DNA from: Octopus sinensis
Taxonomy: Eukaryota
Direction of reading: 5' to 3'
NCBI RefSeq assembly: GCF_006345805.1
Contig: NC_043001.1
Location: 31,124,001 to 31,188,000 of the forward strand
DNA: 64,000 nt
The translations under genes and the position numbers were made by a program. Positions 48,522 through 62,452 of the stretch are shown in pieces; positions within the stretch are counted from its first letter, which is position 1; the number at the start of each line of letters is the position of its first letter. A model generated the notes under the pieces. That model was not told the origin of the DNA. It searched no databases and saw nothing but the letters and a program-made list of their open reading frames with translations.

Positions 48522-48562
48522 CCTGCATGTTTGCTTGCATTGGTCGAATCAAGAACAACCTA
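48522..48562 (-). other. 5'UTR part of the first coding exon, with a tandem (NAGNAG) acceptor
   Basis: Minus strand reads tttttcccag|tag|gttgttc..., giving alternative exon starts at 48562 and 48559. Contains two out-of-frame ATGs (48540, 48528). Confidence 0.6.
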
Positions 48563-49084
48563 CTGGGAAAAAATTTTAAAAAAATAAAAAAAAGAGAAAC
48601 TTAGTTTAATAGACAGATCAATAGCATTCAGTAGATTTAGATTAATTTAAAATTTTCAAATGTAAAATAACATTTATTGATATCAAATCGATATACTTCC
48701 ACTCTTTTATGTTTGTTGTTTTTGTCTTGAATCGATTGATTGGTTGGTTGACTTGATTGATTGTTATAGTTCAGCCGAATTTTAAATTGTTCGACAAATT
48801 TATTTAATTATTGATTGCTTCAGCGATAATTTTCGTTGGTAAAACAGATTACGCGTTCTTTTGCCTGCTTATTCGATACATTGATTTTGTGTTATCACGG
48901 GCATGTGCAGGCATGACGAACTGACACAGGTGACAAACACAAATCAACTACTTCCTCCTCCTCCTCCACCACCACCATCTCCTCCTCCTCCTCCTCCTAG
49001 TGGTCGTCGTCGTTCAAATGATGCTTGCGTGAGTCGGACGGAGTTTATTGATGATTTTGTAAAGACGGATATTTTTTTTATATA

Positions 49085-49257
49085 GGCACAGGCATGGCTG
49101 TGTAACAAGAAGCTTGCTTTTCAGCCACATGACTCTAGAATCAGATTTCTTCTATAGCCTCAGACCGACCAAAGCCTTATGAGTGAATTTAGCAGACGGA
49201 AACGGAAAGAAGCTGGTTGTGTGCGTGTGTGTGTGTGTATTTGTGTGTGTGTGTGTA

Positions 49258-49294
<37 letters not shown>

Positions 49295-49550
49295 GCGCAA
49301 GAGTGGCTGTGAGGTAAGTAGTTTGCTTACCAACCACATAGTTCCGGGTTCAGCCTCACTGCGTGGCACCTTGGGCAAGTGTCTTCTGATATAGCCTCAG
49401 GTCAACCAAAGCCTTGTGAGTGGATTTGGTAAACGGAAACTGAAAGAAGCATGTCGTATATATGTATATATGTGTGTGCGTGTATGTGTGTGTATATGTT
49501 GTGTATCTGTGTTTGTCTCCCCCAACATCGCTTGACAACCGATGCTGATG
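49085..49550 (+). mobile_element. Two SINE family B copies (49085-49215 degenerate; 49293-49550 3'-truncated)
   Basis: Family B head and CORE-like domain. Confidence 0.85.
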
Positions 49551-51423
49551 CACCACCGTTTTAATTACTTCAAATTCACCTTACTCTAATTAAATATTCT
49601 AAACGACTTGAGATAATCGTCTTGCTTTGGTTTATATATATATATATAAATACACACACACACACATAAATATACATATATACCTGCGCGCGCGCGACTG
49701 TGTGTACACCCACCTATACACACATTTCAAAAGTAAATAGACACCATCATTTTTGAAAGATTCATATCTAGAAACAAGATAATGACATTTGATGTATCAT
49801 TTAAGCAAATCTATTACTTAGTAGACATTATCTTGTGCAGTTTTTAATGGGTTAACCTGTTTAGACATCGTACTAACGAGTAATGTTCACACAGAGAAAA
49901 CGGTCTTAAGGGAAATGTCTCTTTACTTTTAAGATGCCTGTATGTGTATATGTATGTGTATAAGTATGTCTGTATGTATCTTTATTTTTTTTCTTTGAAA
50001 ATTGTCTTTACGGTTTTAAACTTGAAATATAATGTCAGTGGCAATAGGAGGTCTGTTCTCTCATCAACATTTAATTGTTATTCCTTTCCTTGATTATCAA
50101 TTTGATTTACAATATTCTCGTCTGTTTCTGTATCAATAATTGAATTTCTGAGATTTGTCGTTGATGGCCGTTATGATTAATTTTTTTTTTATTGTTTAAT
50201 TAGATGAAAATATTGTTTAATTTTTCTGTTCCTCGTAGCTTGTTATTCAGTTTCTTTTCAAAGAAGCTACCAATTTTTTTGGTATTTCATATTTTTAATC
50301 AATAGACATAAATCTTTCTCAATGGTTGTAATAATATGTTGGTAGGCGAACATTTATAAGATTTAAATTCGAAGTTAATGTCATTCGTATTATTATCCTG
50401 ATTATCAAGAGGTTGCAGTGGTTCGGTGTCGGAATTTTTTAGGGTGTTGTCACTGAGTCATTCGGTTGCTTTAATAATTTTTGTTGCAATGGTTTAAGGC
50501 ATTCAACTAGAGGAGCGTAATGCGGTTTTATGTTAAATATATATTCAAAGATCAAAGCGGACAACAAACCATGAAAATGAGTCAATGCTGGGTGCGGAAT
50601 GAATTAAATGTTATAGTTTAAAGATTAGATGCGATATATTGTACTTGACATGCGCGTAAGAAAAGAAGACAGCCTCCTTGAATGTATCTGAATATGTGAA
50701 ATATTAGCAGAAGGGGGTGAAAAAATAAGTCACTGTATTAATGTAATCAGGGGAAAGTGTTGGGGAAAGATAACATGTACATTAGCTCCCTAACTTTCAT
50801 AGTATTCCGTTATATTTTTATATTGTATATATTTCTAAATCTATTTTCATATTGGCTTTAGTTATATCTGTTTGTTCCTTCATAAATATTCTTTATTTCA
50901 TTTAAGTTACTTTGACATCATTTTTAATATAATTTTTAATCTTTTTAAAGTCATATAATGTAATTCATCATATTGGTAGAATTTTTGAAGTTTAATCAAT
51001 AGAAATAAAGGCAAAATTTTATGAATGATGCAACTACAGGATATCCAACATACTAACCAATGTTGGAAAACAGCTTCGAGTATTAATTGCCAAGATTTAA
51101 TTTATCAAACTTTTCTGTCCTGTGTTCTCTGTTTTCTTTCCTGCTCTTATTATTTATTTTTTTTAAATACATATATAATACCTTGCAATTTTTTTCTTCA
51201 CAAGTATTTCTCTCACTTTTATAAACTCTCAACTTCCACAATCTGAACTGCTGTTTCTTTGTAAAAATCAACGATCGCGCGCGTGTAATTGCGATGCTAT
51301 GTAATACGCATGTGATATGATATAAACTATATGATATAATGTGATATGATATATGCGCGCGCACAAACACACCTACACACACGATAATTTCTTTTAAATA
51401 ATTACAAGTTTTTTTGGGGGGTT

Positions 51424-51635
51424 ATTATTATTATTTCTTACAGCTCCCTCATGACAGATAAAGGTGCTAGAGGAAAAAAAGGAAAAGACATACAGGTGTA
51501 GGAGTGGACCTTAAAAAACGTGTTGCTTCAGGACATTCTATAAAAATCATGTGTTCTGAAAAAAGGCCAATACATGTGTTCTGAAAAAAGGCCAATACAA
51601 TGACGCAGGAAATATATTATTATTATTATTATTAC

Positions 51636-51672
<37 letters not shown>

Positions 51673-52905
51673 GTTATTGTTATTATTTCTTGCAGATCCC
51701 TCATGACAGTTAAGATGCTAACGCAAAAAGTGACAAGACATGCAGGGGTAGGAGTGGACCTTCAGAAATGTGTATCTTGAGGACATTCGATAAAAATCAT
51801 GTGTTCTGAAGAGAGGCCAATATTTGACTACAATGACGCAGGAAAACTGTTTGATCTGTGCTAAGCGGTTATTTAACAAGGTTAAAAACCGTCATGTACA
51901 CGGCATGTTTTGGTTCTTCTCTAAGAAAAACCGTCACATATATGGCATATTTCGGTTCTTCTCTGATAAGAAAAAACTGTCATGTACATGGCATATTTCG
52001 GTTCTTCTCTGATAAGAAAAAACTTCGACCAAGATCAAAAGCTTCTCAAGAGAACTGATAGATGGATATGTGTAGATACTTCACCAGAATGATGCATAGT
52101 AAGTTTCCAGCAACTGTGATGGTTTTAGGATTGATGAGTAATGAAGGTCATGTCATACCATCTCACATCTTACCACGGGGTTCTAAAGCTCTGGATGGAT
52201 GAAGTATGCAGTGAAAACCCATACGAGTTTCAACAAGACTCAGCGCCTTCTCACAAGTTTCACGTAACCTAATAATGGATGTCAAACAACATTTCCGACC
52301 ATGTAAGATCAAAGTTGTAGGCCTCCAATCTCCGACTTCGCCTGTCTCTGCGGCGCCTTCCATCTGTCCTTCTGCAACGGCGCTTGCGGTGATTTGGCCA
52401 TGCATGTAGGCGTCCGGTGGGTGAACTGAGCCGTGATATCCTTCTTCCAACTGGCGGAAACGCGCGGGCGGGCAGCTGAAGACGTGGGTTACGACGATCA
52501 AGGAGGACCTCTCTGTTCTCACGGGACCGCAGGTGGTCGGCCTACGCCGATGGAACCGTGACTGGCTCGCTATCTCCAGTGAACTGGCGCGGGACCGTCG
52601 TACGTGGGCTGCTATGGTTCGAGATGCCTCGAGGGTGGTAGAAGAAGCCGACTCAACCCGCCCAGGGTGAATGTCGCCACAAGTACAAGTACCTCCAAAC
52701 TTGCTAGATTAAAACCCCATGAGCTTCCCTTTGGATCGTTGTTGAAAAGCAAATCAATCGACAGCATCAAAATACCATAGCTTCAGTGAAGACCGCCATT
52801 GTCCAGGCGATCCAAAATGTATAAGGATCATTTAGTGCAGGTATGCCAATGACTCCCGCCCTGCACTGAAGCAGTCATCGAAGCTGATGGCGAATTCATC
52901 GAAAA
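51424..52905 (+). mobile_element. Tc1/mariner-superfamily transposase relic (maT/DD37D-like) with local tandem duplications and an RTE insertion
   Basis: KSCVLKRGQYLTTMTQENCLICAKRLFNKVK...GMFWFFS / FFSDKKNFDQDQK...DRW, a frameshifted VMVLG...SNEGHV...PYEFQQDSAPSH segment, and a decayed WPPNSPDLNP motif split by the insertion. Confidence 0.85.
52329..52691 (+). mobile_element. 5'-truncated RTE-clade LINE 3' end with a 7-bp TSD
   Basis: WRKRAGGQLKTWVTTIKEDL...ELARDRRTWAAMVRD...STRPG*, tail (CAAGTA)2, and TSD CCTCCAA at 52322-52328 and 52692-52698. Confidence 0.88.
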
Positions 52906-53518
52906 CTCTTATAAGAAACTTATCGAGAGCGTGTCACAAATTTTTATTCTGTGCAAGAGATGTTTCAACAGCAACTGTGAATTTCAGTCAGATGTACGAA
53001 GTTTCACTAGAAGTGGTTCACTTCATGTTTAGATGAGATATTCATTCACAACAGCACGATTTTCTTCAGACAATATCGGGATTCATTTTATGAATAGTCA
53101 ATACAGTATTGAAGAAAACCTAAAATTATTCAACAAAAACTGAATAAAAAAAAAACAAAGAAAAATCACTGAGATCTCACAGATCTTTGTCTATTGACAG
53201 AAGAAAGATTTGTGAGACAATTCAAAAGATTTCTTAAAATAGAACCATAAATGAAAGAATTACGAAAAATAACAAAACAACGAAGTACGATACTTTGCAT
53301 TAAAATTCAGTGACGTTACTGACCTATAACCCTAAAAAAATTTACACTCCGTATGTATAAATGCATTTCTAATATGAATACTTGGTCAAGTTTAGAAGTA
53401 CTTTCTTCCTTTATTTAGATTCTTGCTTTTTAAGTTTAGCAAAGAAATCACTGAAAACGTTCAGAAAATTTCATACACAACACATATATACACACTTAGC
53501 AAATTCACAGTTACTTAC

Positions 53519-53563
53519 GTGCCGACATATAGATATTCCCATGAGACATGCTGTTACTACCGT
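53519..53563 (-). other. Candidate non-coding 5'UTR exon of the DRAM gene (45 nt)
   Basis: tgtttag| ... cggcac|gtaagtaa in repeat-free sequence upstream of coding exon 1. Splice signals are the only evidence. Confidence 0.3.
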
Positions 53564-53810
53564 CTAAACATAAGTATTGTGCATTTAAGGGGTAATGTAT
53601 AAAGAAAGAAAAGAGTTGAAGCTATAAGGTCATAAACTAGTCGTACTATAATAAAGCGAACTAATGTTTAGCTGTGTGCTTACACCACAAATACACTGAC
53701 ACGCGCATACGCGAATGCTTGCGTGTATGTTTGTGTGTCTGTGTGTCTGTGTGTTTATACATATATGTGTGTGTATTTAAAACAGTGCCTCCCTCTTTCT
53801 GTTTTTTTCC

Positions 53811-53847
<37 letters not shown>

Positions 53848-53987
53848 CATATATGTCTATATACACATGTATACATACATATATATATATATATAATACA
53901 CATTATATATATATATATATATTATATATATAATATATATAGATATACATATACATATATATACATACACATACATAAATATATATA

Positions 53988-54049
<62 letters not shown>

Positions 54050-54076
54050 CATATCTATTTGAATATAATATAATAA

Positions 54077-54340
54077 TAATTAGGGAGTAAATCCAAACTT
54101 ACAGGGAAAAATTAGATTTAGGATAAATCTAATTTTACAGTATAATATATATATTATATATTAAATTAGAGATAAACCCCTATTAGGCAAATCAAACAGA
54201 GAAAAACATAAACCAAAACATAGAAATAAAATTAATTAATATAATTATAAAATTATAAAATATAAAATTCAAAATTAAATTATCTAAATTTAAAGTTAAA
54301 ATTTTAAAAAATTTTAAATTATTAATTTATACTTATAATT

Positions 54341-54375
<35 letters not shown>

Positions 54376-54676
54376 TTTATTATTTATTATTATTTTTATT
54401 TTTTATTTTTTTTAATTTTTTTTATTATATATTTATTTGTTTATTTATTTTTTATTTTAAATATATAACTATCAAAAAGTATTAAAAAGTTTAATATAAG
54501 ATAAATTAATAATAAAATTTTTTTTTAAATTTTAACTTTAAATAATTTAAATTTTGAATTTTATATTTTATATTTTGTATATTATATTATATTAATCTAT
54601 TTTATTTCTATGTTTTTGTTTATGTTTTTCACTGTTTGATTGCCTAATAGTGGTTTTATCTCTAATTTAATATATA
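54077..54676. mobile_element. PLE-like AT-rich element with a tail-to-tail inverted duplication (arms ~54156-54330 and ~54500-54676)
   Basis: attaaattagagataaacc...tattaggcaaatcaaacag...catagaaataaaat versus attttatttctatg...ctgtttgattgcctaata...ggttttatctctaatttaat. Confidence 0.7.
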
Positions 54677-54710
54677 TATATAATATATATATATATATAT
54701 AGATAGAGAG

Positions 54711-54745
<35 letters not shown>

Positions 54746-54746
54746 G

Positions 54747-54872
<126 letters not shown>

Positions 54873-55004
54873 ACTTATTTGGAAATGGATGCGTGGAGTT
54901 CAATCATATAATAATATGAATAATATATATATGCATATGTACATACATATATGTACATACTTGCATATATATGTATACACATATGCATATATTGGCACAG
55001 GACG

Positions 55005-55361
55005 TCATAAAACGTAAACAACATGAAACACGAACTATTTTGCGAACAACGACAGAAACAAATGGAAAACAAGTCAAGTAACATAAAGAACGACCCTTCA
55101 TCAGTTGTCGGCTGTTTATCTACTCCACATTTTGAGCAATTACGACAAGACGTGTCTTCGAGAAGACAATTGTTCCCGCTAAGCAAAATAAAATTTGGGA
55201 ATTGCAGAGGGTCAAAGCTGGTAACAAAAACAGGACAGTCAACGCAATCAGTATAAACAGTAAGGGCTACTAAGCCATAACGAGGTGAGGTGACGAACGC
55301 TGGAGGAACAAGCTTTGACAGGAGAAAAAAATGGGAGAGGAGACAGACAAAAATGCGCGAG

Positions 55362-55399
<38 letters not shown>

Positions 55400-55569
55400 C
55401 CTCTGTCTTCCCTTCTCTGGATCTTTCCTTCTATGTTTCCGACGAAGACCTCCGCTCGAAACGTTAAACCCTCCTTCTTTCCTTCTTTCCTGAGCGTCAA
55501 ATAATACTATATTTGTTCCACGTCCTCGCGTTGTTGTGTTTTCTCTGTGTTTTCAGGTTTGGATTAACT

Positions 55570-55570
<1 letters not shown>
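55005..55570. mobile_element. Penelope-like terminal-repeat fragments in both orientations, including a hammerhead-like motif at 55435-55469
   Basis: gttt-CCGACGA-agacctccgctc-GAAA-cgtt-aaac, followed by cctgagcgtcaataatactatatttgttcc, similar to 22983-23010. Confidence 0.5.
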
Positions 55571-55629
<59 letters not shown>

Positions 55630-55700
55630 GTTTTTTACAGTACATATTAGAGTGTGCTTCTTCTTTTGGATTTATGTTATTTACACACTCTCTCTCTCTC

Positions 55701-55754
<54 letters not shown>

Positions 55755-56186
55755 AGTCCCAAGTCCCAACAACGAGCAAGTAGCTGTGGAATAAGCTATG
55801 AAAGCAACATGTAATTAAAAGTTAATTTTAAATTCAGTGGAGATAATTTTATAAATTGCTACATTACTTTCATTATCGCTTGCTGCTGGCTACAAAAGTC
55901 CGGCAATAATACGCTAATATTATCACTTCACTCTGAAATGGCGCTAAACAATCTTATTCAAACCTATTCTTGTCTTTTTAAAGAAACTTTTTTTATATTT
56001 TCATACAAATTAATGCGATATTTTATTGTACAAATTTTTCGTATAACTTTTCTTTTAATTTAACTTTTATTCCACATTTTTTTGTTTTAATTTTTTTTTC
56101 AGAACTCGGGCCTTGACCTTACCTTACACGTGTCTTATCCCTTGTTTACAATTGTGTGCTGTCCACTGCATATCAAATAATTTGCA

Positions 56187-57945
56187 ATGAGTGCAAAGAA
56201 ATGGAAGTATCTTGACGAATATATTCGATTTGGATTCGTGTCCCTCCATAAGGGTGACACAGAACTCCCCCAGTGCGTGATATGTTACAAAACTTTGAGA
56301 AATGATGGAGTGCGACCCTCACGCTTGGAGCAGCACTTGAAGACAACACATCCTGCTCTTGCATACAAACACAAGGCATTCTTTGAAACAAAAAAAGAAC
56401 ATTCCTTGAAGCAAGCTAAGGTGGACGGTAGCGGGGAATTTCGGCAACAAACTCCAATGGTTGTTGAAGCTTCCTATGAGATCGCCATGTTGATTGCAAA
56501 GAGCAAGAAGAGCCATAACATCGGAGAGTCTCTCATAAAACTAAGTCTACTCCGTGCAGCAGAACTCGTTCTGGGAAAAGATAATGCAAACAAGCTTTCC
56601 CAGATTTCACTGTCAAACGATATCGACGGCTTGTCCCAAGACATCAAAGATCAAATTCTCGACCAAGAGATTCTCCTGTTTTTGCCATTCAGTGTGACGA
56701 AACGACTGACACCGCCCAGTGTTCTCAGCTGCTGGTATATGCTCGTTTTGTGTCAGGCAATTGTGTAAAAGAGGAAATATTGTTCTGTCACTTTATGGAT
56801 AGTTTTACAACAGCAGCAGCTATTATTCGTGATGTATCAAACTTCTTTCAGGAAGACCAACTTTCATGGGATTTGCTGGTAGGGATGTGCACTGAGGGAG
56901 CTCCAGCCATACTTGGTCTGCAGTCTGCATTCATTACTAGGGTGAAAGAAACAAATCCATCTGTTGTAAGTACACACTGCATACTTCATCGTGAAGCCTT
57001 AGCAATCAGAACCTTACCTCCTGAAATGAGAAAAGTCTTGAACGTGGCTTTCAAGGTTGTCAACTTTGTTAAAGGTGGACCCTTAAACAGTCGTCTTTTC
57101 AAACTGTTTTGTAAAGATATGGAATCTGAACATGAAACATTGCTTTTTCACACAAACGCACGATGACTATCAAAGGGGAACATGTTTGGACAGCTTTATG
57201 AACTATGAGAGGAAGTAGCAATATTTCTAGATTTGCAGCAGAAGGCAGATCTCCATGACAAGTTCCAGTCTGAAGGCTTTCATCTGTCTCTAGCTTACCT
57301 GGTGGACATCGTCGAAGCATTGAATGCTCTCGACTTTAAACTACAAGGGGAAAATATCAACATTCTCACACACCACGACACCATTCGAACCTTCATGGCC
57401 AAACTCGACCTTTGGAAATGTCGAATTCAGCAGGGAAATATAACCAGTTTTAGTTATTTGGATTCTGTTCTCATTCACGGTAACCTTGATTCTGAGTTAA
57501 AGAAACAAATAATCACTCATTTAACTGACTTGAAAACAGAATTCATCAGATACTTCCCAAATGTAGATGAAAAGCATGAAGCTTGGAAATTCATCAGGAA
57601 CGCATTTCAGTGTGAAGTGACTGATGTTTTGGGTGAAGTGGAAACAGAGTTTCTTGAGCTGAAGTTCAACTTCCCAGCTAAGGGAGACTTCAAACAACTG
57701 GACTTGAAACGTTCTGGATCAAGTACCTTCCTGTTTACCCTCTGATTTCACATCAGGCTCTTAGGATTTTAGCTATGTTTGGATCCACGTATCTTTGTGA
57801 AGCTGCACTTTCCACGCTTGCTGATGTCTAGACCAAGGACAGAAGCAGGCTAAACGTTGAAAGGGGCTTACGTTGTGCACTCTCTGGCATTCAGCCACGC
57901 ATTCAATATCTTGTCGCTAAGAAGCAGTATCAAGTATCTCACTAA
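56187..57945 (+). pseudogene. hAT transposase pseudogene, Buster/Charlie (ZBED5/FAM200-like) type
   Basis: N-terminal BED-like finger PQCVICY...RPSRLEQHLKTTH; QCDETTDT (first catalytic D); CTEGAPAILG (second D replaced by E); HCILHREALA (CxxH); C-terminal MFGSTYLCEAALS dimerisation region. Frameshifts near 56680 and 57710 and stops near 57165 and 57205. Confidence 0.93.
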
Positions 57946-58197
57946 TAATGTGACTAATTCGTATTCAATAAAAAAAATGTTATTTTTTGCTAAGAAGCGG
58001 TGTCAAGTATCTCACTTTTTGTAAAATAGATTATATATAAAATTATACATATTTTGTATGATGTGACTAAAAACATATTTTAGATTTTATTTTAAAAAAC
58101 ATATTTTAGATTTTATTTTAAAATCTAGGAGGGAATTTTATTCATTGATGCAAGTGGAGAGAAGGACAAATTCCTAGGAGAGGCGTGGTAGCGAACA

Positions 58198-58212
58198 GGT
58201 TCAGAACCACTG
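58198..58212 (+). repeat. Right TIR of the hAT element
   Basis: GGTTCAGAACCACTG is the reverse complement of a Charlie/Buster-type CAGTGGTTCT(C/G)AACC end. It is followed by CTGTAGAT (central TA, typical Buster target). Left TIR not found. Confidence 0.7.
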
Positions 58213-58225
58213 CTGTAGATCATAC

Positions 58226-58317
58226 CTGACATGGCTTCTCTTTATTCTCCTGGAGCTCGTAACTGTCAACTTTGTCTCAGGAGGAAACTACATATTTTGA
58301 AACAACCTGCTGTATCT
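58226..58317 (-). other. Candidate non-coding 5'UTR exon (92 nt)
   Basis: tttttattcag| ... atgtcag|gtatga, with stops in all three frames. Splice signals are the only evidence. Confidence 0.3.
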
Positions 58318-58854
58318 CTGAATAAAAACTGCTGCCATCAATGGAACCCTCTAGTTGCGAATTTTAAGCCATTAGTTTATAATACCATTTCATAATTTTA
58401 CTGAAATTCTAATGAACTGTAAGCATGGGTGATCACTTTCATGTATTTTATCAGAATTATCTTCCACTCAGCAATCGCTGCAACGCCTATCAATTGTTTG
58501 TCGTCAGGCAGTTCCTCGCTCCTTGACTCGAGCTAAATAAAAGGAATTAACTTTATACATTATCTAATGACAAACAAATATCTTAAGAATTTTTGGATGC
58601 GTCGTCGCTACAAATCAACTCCCTACGAAAGATCGATCAGACCTACTTTTGTGTCAAACTTTAAACAATGCTGAGTTAAGTTACAAACTGTTAATTAAAA
58701 TTAATAACTTCCGCAACACACACTGAGAGTTCTTTTCCTTCGTTTGAATAACTATCTAAATTATATTATAGCATATACGTATGTTTGTATGTACATGAGC
58801 CGTGAAGCTCAGAATAACGTTTTCAGAAATTTCAACTTCAACTTCTTATAATAT

Positions 58855-58969
<115 letters not shown>

Positions 58970-59229
58970 ACGCATAAAACTCAAATATAGCTACTTGTTC
59001 TTTGTATAAGTATAAATATTTCGAGTAACATACGCACGCGTGCGAACTTTTATATTCTCATCGTTTTCATGCCTGCAGATAAACTTTGCAGGAAAGGCTC
59101 TTTATTTTATACACACCCAAACACACACACACACACACACACACACGTACATGTACATACATGCATGTATATATACATACATGTGCGTGCCTGTTTCTTA
59201 ATATGTGTATATGTTTACTGTAAGTAAGC

Positions 59230-59268
<39 letters not shown>

Positions 59269-59421
59269 GTATATATATATGTTATATATATGTATATATA
59301 TATATGTATATATATATATATGTATATATAAATATGTATATATATATATATGTATATATAAATATGTATATATATATGTATATATATATGTATATATATA
59401 TATATATGTATATATATATGT

Positions 59422-59480
<59 letters not shown>

Positions 59481-59485
59481 AATAC

Positions 59486-59538
<53 letters not shown>

Positions 59539-59665
59539 TTATGTATGTATGACACAAAAATATAAGCCTTCTTTCAGTGAGTGTCCCCATTGTTGCCTTG
59601 AAACGTCAGGCATTATCATTAAATCTGTAAATAAGTATATAATAAGCATATACCTTCGCACGCAC

Positions 59666-59697
<32 letters not shown>

Positions 59698-60044
59698 GTA
59701 TATGAGTGTGTCTGTTGTATTTTAAATATGTGCGTACGCGTGATGTGCGTGTGCGTGTGCGCGCGCTGATGCAGCCATTTCTTTCTGCGTATCATACGAT
59801 ACGTTTGATTCACGATGTCGGGCTGTGAACTTTTCTTGAAAGTATATACAGTATTTTGAGTTTCGTGTTATGGGACCCTTATTTCATGTATCTTATCTAA
59901 GAAAACACAAAAACTCTTAAATAATCCTCCCTACTCAGTAAGCCCCCGACCGCATAATGAAAAGATACTCTCCGCACCTTTCTCCTCCCTTTATAATCAT
60001 CTGGTTTCAACAAACGAAAACTTTATCTACATCTGCTTATGATC

Positions 60045-60080
<36 letters not shown>

Positions 60081-62329
60081 GTCTGTCTGTATGTCTATCT
60101 ATTTATCTATCTATCTATCTGTATATCTATCTATTTATCTATCTATCTTTTTATCAATCTATCTCTCCCTCTCTCTCTATATATATATGTATGTGTGTGT
60201 ATACATATACATATATAAAATATACAGTTATACATACGTAAGTATAAACATCTACATATACTCGCATGCACACACATTTGTGAAGCAAGATTTTGTTCCA
60301 GTTGGTAGTTGTACATAGATTGAAGCTGACGCTCGCTATATGATCTTTTAAAATCATAAATTTCATACTACTTGAGCAAGCTTTCATGTGTAGTTATGAA
60401 ATTCCCATCAAACACACACACATACACACTCAGACATTTACGCATAGAGGTGTTTTCACTCTGCGCTAAGTTCATCTTTAAATTAATTTTATACTGCTTT
60501 AGAAACAGAGATTTCCTGAACCGAATTTTGAATCGGAAAAATTAGAATTGAATCGAAATTTTCTATACTTAAATCCGTAGAAAATTCACTTCAAAATCAA
60601 CGTACTGCCTGCGAGTACATCTTGTGTTTGTGTGTGTGTGTGTGATAGTTTTAAAACGTAGCTTAATTGGTGTTGTCATTGCTGTCTAATTAAGAAGTGC
60701 CTTTAACAATTAAATGTTCATTTCGGATTCAGTCTCAAGATACGTTAAATAAGTGCCGTGAACTATAACCTTGGTTTGACTAAAGCCTTGTGAAAAACAC
60801 TTAGGAGACGGAAAATGTGAGAAAGCCCGTCGAATGCAATGTTCCTCTTCTGGGTAGTAGACTTAACCCGTCGCTTAGTTTAACATCCCGACATGGGTGC
60901 TGTTAGGAGAGTAGTAATAATTTTGTTGAAAACATTAGGGTTGGGTCCTTGGTCTGAAAGTAACTTTCTCCCTTCTCCCTTCAGAGGGGCAGACCCTGAT
61001 AAAAGTCATGGAAGCTGCCCACTCCCGCATAATTAAAAAGCATCTGAGTTTTATCAACATGTAATTTCAAAATATTAATGGTTTCGCTTGCAATTTTCAA
61101 TTCCATATAATTGAGATACCATCACGAATCGAAATTTAAAATAATTTTTTTTTTAAAGAAAAGGAAAATTTTTACATTGAAATTGAAAGTCGAACTCGAG
61201 TAGGTATATAGATTAATTCAATATTTCATTGGATATCAATTCCCAATTGAAATTCAATTCGAAACTTATGTTACACCCAACTCTCTGATTTTTGTTTGAG
61301 TGTATTTCAGTTTCATGGATTTCAAATTAAAAATGAATTTAATAAGTAATAAGTGAAACGACATGAATCGCATTATTGTCCAAAATTCTGGGTAACTCAT
61401 TCTAACGATCCACCCAAACAGCTGCAGATTTCCGTTCCTCTTTCATCTGCTTCTGTTGAAGTACATCTCTGCAGAACAAATTTACGAAACTCGACCGGTA
61501 AAAACTGATGTTTTATCAACGCCTTTCTTGTGACACCGCCAAATATAAACGATAACTAATTAGTATTTTAATTGCCAAACCACTCAACCACACTAATATA
61601 GTTTCGTTTCTAAAACCAAAGTAGCTTCAACTCGATTGCATCCCGCAGGGCACGTCCAGATTGTCTTTTTAGCCTTTCCAACCATAACATTTAATGCAAT
61701 TATTCGCTGTAGGCCTTTGCTTTGATCTTTAAAGCTACTAACACATGTTCTCTTTCATAGCAAGCATTTATTTAAACGATTCAAAACAACTTCCTATTAT
61801 GTGGAGTAACGTTTTTATTGTCCTTTGTCTACGAAGCTCATTACTGTCAATTATTTAGGCATATTTGTTACTCTCCTGTTTATATACAGTAGCTGATATC
61901 GTTGAAGATTTTGTAGTAGAAAGGCGTATTAACACAGCTGAAATGATAGTAAACTAAAGAATGGATTTAAGTCCAAGGTTATCACAAATAGAAAACTAGA
62001 AACGCTTGTACTTTAAAAACCATTAAAACGCAATAAATTATTCGTGTCGTAAAAACTGAATTTCATATCTTTGAATAAAAATAAGAAATGATTAACCATT
62101 CAAGTTCTCAGTAGACTACGAAAACTAATAAACTCAAAGTTAACTTTTTCTTCCGAGTTAGTTCTTAATTATATATGTAGTTCTATAAACTACTCTACCT
62201 CGCGGAGATTCCTTTTTACAATCATTGGTTAACAATGACGCTGTATAATCTGCTACTGTTCATCCAAAGCGACTTTGGATAAATAGTTTTTGTCTCTCTG
62301 AACTTACTGATTATATACCATCGCTATCA

Positions 62330-62401
62330 TCACCACTGTCACCACTGTCACACCACCACCACCACCACCACCACCACCACCACCACCACACCACCACCAC
62401 C

Positions 62402-62451
<50 letters not shown>

Positions 62452-62452
62452 C
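62330..62452. repeat. (CAC)n-(CAA)n compound microsatellite
   Basis: Direct inspection. Confidence 0.95.

Noticed and set aside
48903-49085. Poly-proline ORF
   Set aside because: (CCT)/(CCA) microsatellite without coding context.
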